In this document: one piece after another, positions 19,932-27,451 of the stretch
Layout of the letters: each line of letters opens with the position of its first letter
How positions within the stretch are numbered: the stretch's first letter is position 1
Assembly: GCA_050633245.1 (NCBI GenBank)
Contig: JBOEGD010000004.1
Span: 13,845 to 77,844 of the forward strand
Origin: Calditrichia bacterium
GTDB taxonomy: Bacteria; Calditrichota; Calditrichia; RBG-13-44-9; J075
Length of the DNA: 64,000 bases
Direction of reading: 5' to 3'
The notes under the pieces: generated by a model
Told to the model about the DNA's origin: nothing
Seen by the model: the letters and a program-made list of their open reading frames with translations, nothing else
The model's database searches: none
Made by a program: the position numbers and the translations under genes

Positions 19932-21476
19932 ATGAAATCCTACTCTTCCTTCTTAGCCGTTTTGTTCCTTTTACTACCATTTTGGACTTTTGCACAGATC
20001 ACGCCGGAAGACGGCGATTGGGCAGAGCGCTATGTGGTTTTAGTTAATACTCCTCAGGCCGATTTGATGGCGCGAACGGGAGATATCGATAACCTCGGAT
20101 TTGGTTGGCCAACGAACTTCGATCCTTTCTCCGGAAATAACACACCAAGCCATAGTTTCCCCTGGGCACCAGACTCAACGGACGTTCAGGGGCTCGATCG
20201 CGTACTTGTTCTCAGCAGTTATAATGGAAGTCCTCCGGCCGGAAGAGATGGTTATGCCAGAACAACAGACCGACCAGCGAATAGCGTGGTTCCGGTTACC
20301 GTTGCCTGGCCTGCTGGCAGCATCTCGCAGATCGATTCTGCATTGCTTCAAATATTTGTGGACGATTTTCAAGCTCCGGTTTGGCAGGCCGATTACCAAA
20401 TGCGCCTTGATGGCGTGCGTGTTCCGGTTATGGAAAATGTTATTAACAGTCTTCAACAGACCGGTCCAATTGGCAGAATTGTTAACTTGCCGATTCCAGG
20501 TAATTTGCTGTATTTATTGGCCGATGACTCCCTGACAATCTTAATAGATGATTCCACGACCGGAGCAGGAGATGGTTTCGCGTTGGATTTTGTTAAAATT
20601 CTTGTCAATCCAACAAATATTAGTCAGACCGGTATTGTAACAGGTACCATTCGGGACGACTCAACCCAGGACTTGCTCAGTGGAGTGAGGGTAACCGCAA
20701 ATGGACTTGTGAGCGACACCACGGATTCCAGTGGTGTGTATTCGATACAGGGAGTGTTGGCTGGGTTAGTCACTCTTGAAACCTACAAAGCTGGTTATGG
20801 TAGCGTAACTCAACGTTCACAGATAGCCACCGGGCAAACAGCTACCGTCAATTTCTCACTGCAGGCACCAGCGCCGCAAATTATATCTGTTGCTCCGGCG
20901 AACGGCATGACAATGGTAGCTGTAAACACCACATTGGTAGTAGATTTCAATTCTGCGATGGACACAGCATCTATAAACACAAATAGCTTTATTGTAACCG
21001 GTGGGCAAAATACCATCAGTGGAAGCATTACATATAATGGGAACCAGGTCGTTTTTACACCAACACAAACGCTAGAGCCAGGTTTGGTGTTCTCTGCCAC
21101 GCTTACGACTGAAGTTACGGATGAGAGTGGCGTTGCTATAGAAAGATCATTTAGCTGGAGTTTTACAACGGAGCAGCCAACGGGGATCTCCGAGCTGAGG
21201 GAAAACGTATCGGAAATTTTTGTGCTGGAGCAAAACTATCCCAATCCGTTTAACCCTTCAACAACAATTCGATTTACCTTGACAGAAGCAGCAGCTCTAA
21301 CCCTAAGTATTTTTACACCAGATGGCCGACTTGTACAAATACTGGACAGCGGTAATTACTCCGTAGGGCAGCATCAGGTGATATGGAACTCTAAAGGATT
21401 TGCAAGCGGAATATATCTGTATAGGCTATCCTCATCTGCAGCTGTTCAGACGCGCAAAATGATGCTACTTAAGTAA
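19932..21476 (+). CDS. secreted protein: unknown N-terminal domain + carboxypeptidase-regulatory-like domain + Big_5 Ig-like domain + T9SS-like CTD
   Basis: Signal peptide; GIVTGTIRD...TTDSSGVY; APQIISVAPANG...FNSAMD...WSFTT; NYPNPFNPSTTI CTD. GAGG RBS supports ATG 19932. Confidence 0.8.
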   Translation: MKSYSSFLAVLFLLLPFWTFAQITPEDGDWAERYVVLVNTPQADLMARTGDIDNLGFGWPTNFDPFSGNNTPSHSFPWAPDSTDVQGLDRVLVLSSYNGSPPAGRDGYARTTDRPANSVVPVTVAWPAGSISQIDSALLQIFVDDFQAPVWQADYQMRLDGVRVPVMENVINSLQQTGPIGRIVNLPIPGNLLYLLADDSLTILIDDSTTGAGDGFALDFVKILVNPTNISQTGIVTGTIRDDSTQDLLSGVRVTANGLVSDTTDSSGVYSIQGVLAGLVTLETYKAGYGSVTQRSQIATGQTATVNFSLQAPAPQIISVAPANGMTMVAVNTTLVVDFNSAMDTASINTNSFIVTGGQNTISGSITYNGNQVVFTPTQTLEPGLVFSATLTTEVTDESGVAIERSFSWSFTTEQPTGISELRENVSEIFVLEQNYPNPFNPSTTIRFTLTEAAALTLSIFTPDGRLVQILDSGNYSVGQHQVIWNSKGFASGIYLYRLSSSAAVQTRKMMLLK

Positions 21477-21596
21477 TAGACTACGACGGGTGGGCTGTAA
21501 GGGTGTGCGGGAAAGCTTATAGGTTGTGCAACAGCTCGTAAAAGCTACACATAACCCCAGAATTACAACGAGTGGCTTTATTCGAACAAGACTCAT
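21465..21596 (-). CDS. unannotated 43-aa lipoprotein-like small ORF (or truncated lipoprotein gene)
   Basis: GGAGG 5 nt before ATG. Translation MSLVRIKPLVVILGLCVAFTSCCTTYKLSRTPLQPTRRSLLLK has a basic n-region, hydrophobic h-region and FTS/C lipobox-like site. Confidence 0.5.
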   Translation of the reverse strand: MSLVRIKPLVVILGLCVAFTSCCTTYKLSRTPLQPTRRSLLLK

Positions 21597-21749
21597 ACAT
21601 ACCTCCAATGTTTTAGTCTCTTTTCCATTTTGTCCGTATTCTGATTTTTGCTGAAAAATAGATATTTTATTTAAACCAATCTTCTGATTGGCTTATATTT
21701 ATGTTATTAAAAGGGTTGTGTTTTTTCGCAGGAATTAATTTTCAAGCGG

Positions 21750-23393
21750 TTGTCAAGAATGGATCAAGTGACCAGAGCAACGATAAGAGTACTAGTCTTC
21801 ATCCTTGTTTCCGCCTCTCTAATGTCCGGTAAGGAGCCATCAGGTCTTTCGATTCCCTTATTTCGTCAGCATCTGGATGTTCTCGGAAGTGATCGTTTAA
21901 ATGGGCGTGGAACCGGCACCGAGGGTGAGCTGATGGCAGCTCGTTATATTGCGCAAATGCTTCGTAATTCCGGAGTTAAAGCAGGTGTTGGCGATGATAA
22001 CTACTTTCAGCTCATACCGATGCAGGGTAGTCGTATATCCGCAGAGAGCAAGTTAACAGTTCATTTTTCCGACATTAAGGTCGATTTACTGCTTCAGAAA
22101 GATTATTTGGTAGACAATGCCGGTGGTCTCGATTTCTTCGCGCAGCCAGTTGAAATGGTTTTTGTCGGTTATGGAATAGTGGCTCCTGAGTTTGACTATA
22201 GTGATTATCAAGGCATTGATATCCGTGGCAAAATTGCGGTTTATCTTGATGGAGAACCAGAGTCTGACGACGAGAGTTTCTTTTTTGGCAACATGCGAAC
22301 TATATACAGCTACCCGGAGGCAAAGCAGAGAATTGCTCAAAGCCGTGGTGCGCTTGCCACCATTCTTATTCCCGCAAAATCTGATGAGCAAAACTGGGCG
22401 AAATGGCAGCGCTCATTTGGGTTTGAGGAAGTAAAACTTGCTTATTCTGCCGCAGAAATACTTAGTCTGATCGTTCCTGCTAATGTTGCCGGCACCTTTT
22501 TTCGCGAAGCAGGCTTTTCGCTTCAAGAGGCTTTTGACTTTAAGGCAAGGGGCGATATGCGAAGCTTTCCGTTGAACTCCAGCTTACACTTTTCCGGAGA
22601 ATTCTCCCGACGGGAATTTAATGCGCGTAATGTAGCCGGAATGATTCCCGGTCGAAATTCGCGATTGCGGGATGAATTTCTGCTGTTAAGCGCTCACTAC
22701 GATCATCTCGGAGTAGGATCGGCGATTGACGGTGACTCTATCTATAACGGTGTTTTTGATAATGCTGCCGGCGTAGCAGCGGTGTTAGAACTCGCTCGTC
22801 TATTTGCTGAGAACCCACCCGAGAAATCGGTTTTATTCTTATTTGTTACCGGGGAAGAGAGAGGATTACTGGGATCGAGCTACTATGTTGACCATCCCAT
22901 TGTGCCGCTATTTAAGACTATTGCCAACGTAAATGTAGATGGTATTTCAATGTTCGAACAACTGCGCGAAGTTCTGGGGGTTGGCAGCGGGCTGTCTTCA
23001 TTGAGCGATTATTTAATGGCGAGTGCCCACGCAATGGACATGTCTGTAGGAAGTATACCCGATGGATTTTCCATACTCGAAAACTTTGCGCGATCAGATC
23101 AGATCTCGTTTGCCCGTGCCGGTGTCCCCGCTATTTTAGTTGTTGAGGGCAACAAATATGTTTCTACGCCGGATGTGGATGCTGTGCGGCGGATGCAGAC
23201 ATGGGCGCAGACTATTTACCATACACCGTTTGATGATCTTTCCCAGTCTGTAAACTATGCCGCCGTAGAGCAACATGTCCTTTTGTTGGAGCATCTGTGC
23301 CGCGCACTGACCAATTCTAAAGAACCGATCGTTTGGAATTCCGATGTACGGTATCGGGTAGAGCGTTATCGTACGAGGGCAGAGCGCAGATGA
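21750..23393 (+). CDS. M28 family aminopeptidase with PA domain
   Basis: GRGTGT, FVGYGIVAPE..YSDY (PA domain), SAHYDHLG, NGVFDNAAG, GEERGLLGS, RSDQ, YHTPFD. The exact start is uncertain (TTG 21750 or ATG 21759). Confidence 0.9.
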   Translation: MSRMDQVTRATIRVLVFILVSASLMSGKEPSGLSIPLFRQHLDVLGSDRLNGRGTGTEGELMAARYIAQMLRNSGVKAGVGDDNYFQLIPMQGSRISAESKLTVHFSDIKVDLLLQKDYLVDNAGGLDFFAQPVEMVFVGYGIVAPEFDYSDYQGIDIRGKIAVYLDGEPESDDESFFFGNMRTIYSYPEAKQRIAQSRGALATILIPAKSDEQNWAKWQRSFGFEEVKLAYSAAEILSLIVPANVAGTFFREAGFSLQEAFDFKARGDMRSFPLNSSLHFSGEFSRREFNARNVAGMIPGRNSRLRDEFLLLSAHYDHLGVGSAIDGDSIYNGVFDNAAGVAAVLELARLFAENPPEKSVLFLFVTGEERGLLGSSYYVDHPIVPLFKTIANVNVDGISMFEQLREVLGVGSGLSSLSDYLMASAHAMDMSVGSIPDGFSILENFARSDQISFARAGVPAILVVEGNKYVSTPDVDAVRRMQTWAQTIYHTPFDDLSQSVNYAAVEQHVLLLEHLCRALTNSKEPIVWNSDVRYRVERYRTRAERR

Positions 23394-23438
23394 TTTGCTC
23401 TTTTGAGCAAATAGTCTTATGCTTGTCTACAAAAGGTT

Positions 23439-24287
23439 ATGAACAAAAAATATCATAAAATGTGTTCAGCACGGATTGCAGTTCTCTTATTCAGCTTACT
23501 CTTCCTACTGCAATGTGCGGGAACTTCGCAGCGTGAGTCGGCGATTCTCCGAATCCAGGGCTCGGATACCATGCTGAAGCTTATGCAGCGTTGTGCGACC
23601 GAGTATATGTCAAAGCACTCCACTGTCTCCGTCTACGTTGATGGTGGTGGAACCTCACTGGGCTTGGAACGCCTTATTTCCGGGGGGGTTGATATATGTA
23701 TGGCTTCACGAACCCTTCGTCCGGATGAATCAGTGGCACTGGCAGATAACTATCAAAGTGTCGGCTTGTCTGTACTGATTGCAAAAGATGCCCTCAGCGT
23801 CTATTTAAATCCCGCTAATCCGGTCAGGAACCTTACAACCTCCCAGCTTAAATCAATCTTTACCGGGGAAATTGATAATTGGAAAGAGGTCGGTGGAAAC
23901 GATGAGCCGATTCTTCTGGTTACGCGACCCACGAATTCCGGTACACATTTTTACTTTCGGGAACGAATTTTGGAGGGTGAGAAATATGGTGATTCCAGCC
24001 TTATTCTAAACACGACTGATAGCGTGATTAACTATATTCGCAAGCATTCTGCTGCAATTGGATATGGTGGTTTTGCCTATGGACCGGACTTACCACATAT
24101 TAAAATTGGCGGAGTTGCGCCGACCGTAACGTCCATTCGGGACGATAAATATCCAATTACGCGATATCTGCTACTCTACACACTGGAAAAGCCACGCGGA
24201 GCGAGCAAGAAATTCATTGACTGGATGCTCAGCGTGGATGGACAGGTTGTCGTTCGTGAATCCGGCTACGTGCCGTTATGGAAGTAA
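23439..24287 (+). CDS. pstS: phosphate-binding protein PstS family (probable lipoprotein)
   Basis: GSDTM, GGGTS.G, MASR, DAL..Y, IFTGEIDNWKEVGG, R..NSGTH..F, IGYGG, YPITRYL. Confidence 0.85.
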   Translation: MNKKYHKMCSARIAVLLFSLLFLLQCAGTSQRESAILRIQGSDTMLKLMQRCATEYMSKHSTVSVYVDGGGTSLGLERLISGGVDICMASRTLRPDESVALADNYQSVGLSVLIAKDALSVYLNPANPVRNLTTSQLKSIFTGEIDNWKEVGGNDEPILLVTRPTNSGTHFYFRERILEGEKYGDSSLILNTTDSVINYIRKHSAAIGYGGFAYGPDLPHIKIGGVAPTVTSIRDDKYPITRYLLLYTLEKPRGASKKFIDWMLSVDGQVVVRESGYVPLWK

Positions 24288-24300
24288 AGTTATAACCAAA

Positions 24301-24333
24301 GAAGCAATGCCTGTTACTGCCTGGCATTGCTTC
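24301..24333. terminator. hairpin between convergent genes
   Basis: gaagcaatgcc...ggcattgcttc inverted repeat with only a weak U tract. Confidence 0.5.
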
Positions 24334-24386
24334 CTGGTATTACGGGAGTTTGTTTGTATTACATCCGCATTATGTGTTCTGAAAAC

Positions 24387-27344
24387 TTACTTCATCAGAA
24401 TCATCTTGCGGGTTTCAAGTACGTTTTCTGCCTTCAGGGTGTAGAAATACAGTCCACTTGCCAGGTTCTCAGCATTCCAGGTAACTGCGAAGCTACCGGC
24501 GTTCTTAAAGCCATCAACCAGTGTTGCAACCTTCTGACCGGCTACGTTAAATACTGCAATCTCTACAGCACCAGCCTTCTGAACCTGATACTCAATCGTC
24601 GTGGATGGGTTGAAGGGGTTCGGATAGTTCTGCTCCAGCTTATAGTCTTCCGGAATAACAGAGCTAATCTGCTCGTCTACAATACCTGTAACATTATTGC
24701 TGTAAAGCGCAGTCCACCCGTTTGTCCATAGCGGAGTATTCGGATCGAATGCACCGAGATAGTCAACATTATCGATGAAAGGATCGTTGACAGTTGTAGC
24801 ACCTGAACCAGCCGGGCCAGCTGCTGCCGGACGAGGATCTAGGCCGTTAGTATTGTCGCGAGCGATTGCACCGAGCTGCGGGTCTGCAATTTGATTGCCA
24901 TTTGCACTGAGGTGAGTCTGCACGAAATCCTGAGGGGCAATATCAGTAAGGGCATTACCATTACCAAAGTTCCACCAGACGTTGGTACTTACAATCAGCT
25001 GATTATTCTCAAGACGACTGCGTGAGTCTTCACCTGAGGCAAGATCTTCAATTGTGATACCGGCACCGCCGCCACCACCATTATAATCGGTAAAGATGCT
25101 GTTGTAGTAAAAGCCACCGGAGTTATCACGGAAAATCAACATCTGGCTACCGTCACCATTTGGGAAAGCAGAAGCCCCAGGGCCGATGTATGTTGCGTTT
25201 GCTACTGTCGGGGTTGCATAGGGCGTTCCGTCTTCCGGATCGGTTCCGCCATCCATCTCGGCAGTACGTCCGGCATTGTCAGAACCCTGCAGAGCAAATA
25301 GATACTGATTACTTCCACGGAAACCTTCGTCCCAGTCAAATGCATCGTCACCGCAAAAAGCAGCCACAAGATGCTTTGCGTTTACTGTGCCGCCGAACCA
25401 CTCGAAACCATCATCAAGGTTTGAATACACTTCGATGTATTCTATTTCTGTGTCAGAACCAACACCACCCATGGTTAGACCGTTGATCTCGTTACCGGGA
25501 CCAATAAGCGCTCCGCCGTGACGGATAGATACATAGCGAAGAACACCAGAATCGTCAGCGTCGTTCGGACTGGTGCCGCCGCCATACTGTCCGCGAGGCT
25601 CATTCGGGTCGATACCTTCAATTTGTCCAACGCCGGAAGTGGTGTTCAGTCCGGCATTACCAAGAACCAGAATTCCACCCCAGCGTCCACGTTGCTCAGG
25701 CGCAAGATCGTTCGGGTCGAAGATGTCATCATCTTCGGAGGTAAAGATAATTGGTTTGCTGGAAGTACCAGTTGCATTAATCTTACCACCACGAGCGATA
25801 ATCAGAGCACTGGTGTTGTCTCCATTAGTCGGGTTCTGCACTGCTTTCAGAACGGTACCAGCAGCAATGTTTAGCGTAGCACCAGACTCGACATACATTA
25901 AGCCGTCTATCAAATACTCGTTATCAGATGTAAGGCTAAGCATCTCACCTGCATTAATGCTGGCATCGGTAAGAGTTACCATGCCGTTACCTGCAGTGAA
26001 ACCAAGGCTATACATTGCTGTCCAACCATCAGTCCACAGGGAAGCAGAAGGGTCAAAAGCACCAATGTAATCAACAGAAACAATAAAAGGATCGCTTACA
26101 GCAGTAGCGCCGCTTCCTGCCGGGCCACTTGCGGAAGGACGCGGATCCAGTCCGCCATTGTTGGTGCGCGAGATTCCACCAAGAAGCGGATCGGAAATCT
26201 GATTTCCATTTGCACCAAGGTGCGTTTGAACGAAGTCTTGCGGAGCTATATCGGTAAGGGCATTACCATTACCAAAGTTCCACCAAACGTTTGTGCTAAC
26301 GATCAGTTGATTGTTCTCAAGGCGGAGGCGTGAGTCTTCGCCGGAAGAAAGATCTTCAACAGTGATACCGGCACCGCCGCCACCACCATTATAATCGGTG
26401 AAGATGCTGTTGTAGTAGAAACCACCGGAGTTGTCACGAAAAATCAACATTTGGCTTCCGTCACCATTTGGGAAAGCAGAAGCGCCGGGTCCAATATAAG
26501 TTACATTGGCAAGCGTCGGAGTGGCGAAAGGCATGCCATCTTCCGGATCCGTTCCACCATCCATCTCGGCTGTGCGGCCAGCCGCGTCTTCACTTTGCAA
26601 GGCTAAAAGAAACTGATTGCTTCCGCGGAAACCTTCATCCCAGTCATATGCATCGTCACCACAAAAAGCAGCAACAAGATACTTGGCATTTACAGTTCCA
26701 CCGAACCACTCATAGCCGTCATCAAGATTCGAATATACTTCGATATATTCAATAACAGTTCCGTTTCCAACACCACCCATTGTTAGACCATTAATTTCGT
26801 TACCAGGACCAATAAGAGCTCCACCGTGACGGATGGATACATACTTTAATACACCAGAGTCGTCAGCGTCGTTCGGGCTGGTGCCGCCGCCATACTGTCC
26901 GCGAGGCTCATTCGGGTCGATACCTTCAATTTGTCCAACACCGGAAGTGGTGTTCAGCCCGGCATTACCAAGAACCAGAATTCCACCCCAACGTCCACGC
27001 TGCTCAGGACCAAGGTCGTTAGGATCACTGAGGTCATCACCTTCAGCAGTGAAGATAATTGGGTTATTTGCACGACCCACAGCGTTAATCTTACCACCAC
27101 GAGCGATAATAAGTGCCGTGGTGTTGTCTCCATTGGTAGGATTCTGCACGGCTTTAAGAACAGTTCCGGCCTCAATATTCAGGGTGGCGCCAGTCTCAAC
27201 ATAAATTAAGCCATCCATCAGATACTCATTGTCTGCTGTCCAGGTGACGGTCTCACCTGCATTAATACTTGCATCGGTAACGGTGACCTGAGCAAACAGG
27301 AATACAGGGGCGAGAAGGGTTAGAAATAATAACTTAAACTTCAT
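24387..27344 (-). CDS. large secreted beta-helix-type protein (two 436-aa tandem copies) with T9SS-like CTD; putative TBDT partner
   Basis: Signal peptide; duplicated GATLNI.AGT...IARGGKINA.G...PIIFT...WGGILVLG...SGVL.YVSIRHGG...NGLTMGGVG...DDG.EWFGGTV; CTD NYPNPFNPSTTI. Confidence 0.85.
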   Translation of the reverse strand: MKFKLLFLTLLAPVFLFAQVTVTDASINAGETVTWTADNEYLMDGLIYVETGATLNIEAGTVLKAVQNPTNGDNTTALIIARGGKINAVGRANNPIIFTAEGDDLSDPNDLGPEQRGRWGGILVLGNAGLNTTSGVGQIEGIDPNEPRGQYGGGTSPNDADDSGVLKYVSIRHGGALIGPGNEINGLTMGGVGNGTVIEYIEVYSNLDDGYEWFGGTVNAKYLVAAFCGDDAYDWDEGFRGSNQFLLALQSEDAAGRTAEMDGGTDPEDGMPFATPTLANVTYIGPGASAFPNGDGSQMLIFRDNSGGFYYNSIFTDYNGGGGGAGITVEDLSSGEDSRLRLENNQLIVSTNVWWNFGNGNALTDIAPQDFVQTHLGANGNQISDPLLGGISRTNNGGLDPRPSASGPAGSGATAVSDPFIVSVDYIGAFDPSASLWTDGWTAMYSLGFTAGNGMVTLTDASINAGEMLSLTSDNEYLIDGLMYVESGATLNIAAGTVLKAVQNPTNGDNTSALIIARGGKINATGTSSKPIIFTSEDDDIFDPNDLAPEQRGRWGGILVLGNAGLNTTSGVGQIEGIDPNEPRGQYGGGTSPNDADDSGVLRYVSIRHGGALIGPGNEINGLTMGGVGSDTEIEYIEVYSNLDDGFEWFGGTVNAKHLVAAFCGDDAFDWDEGFRGSNQYLFALQGSDNAGRTAEMDGGTDPEDGTPYATPTVANATYIGPGASAFPNGDGSQMLIFRDNSGGFYYNSIFTDYNGGGGGAGITIEDLASGEDSRSRLENNQLIVSTNVWWNFGNGNALTDIAPQDFVQTHLSANGNQIADPQLGAIARDNTNGLDPRPAAAGPAGSGATTVNDPFIDNVDYLGAFDPNTPLWTNGWTALYSNNVTGIVDEQISSVIPEDYKLEQNYPNPFNPSTTIEYQVQKAGAVEIAVFNVAGQKVATLVDGFKNAGSFAVTWNAENLASGLYFYTLKAENVLETRKMILMK
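24700..27290 (-). repeat. intragenic tandem duplication, period 1308 nt
   Basis: ccgcgaggct at 25591 and 26899, and ggcattaccattacc at 24951 and 26259, are both offset by 1308 nt. Boundaries are approximate. Confidence 0.9.
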
Positions 27345-27451
27345 GAATGGATCTCCTCCATTTTATAATAGTGATTTGGGTATATGTTGTATGTGCATCA
27401 AAATGTCCATTTTCTTCATGTCGTTTTTATGTCGCCCCGGTTACTCTTTGT

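Noticed and set aside
25573-27204. Two similar + strand ORFs (PPPYCPRGSFGSIPSICP...) that look like a repeated gene
   Set aside because: They are antisense shadows of the 1308-nt internal duplication.
24700-27290. Long repeats considered as a DGR template/variable pair or CRISPR-like array
   Set aside because: Both copies are in frame within one CDS, the differences are mostly synonymous rather than adenine-specific, and there are no RT, cas genes or spacers.
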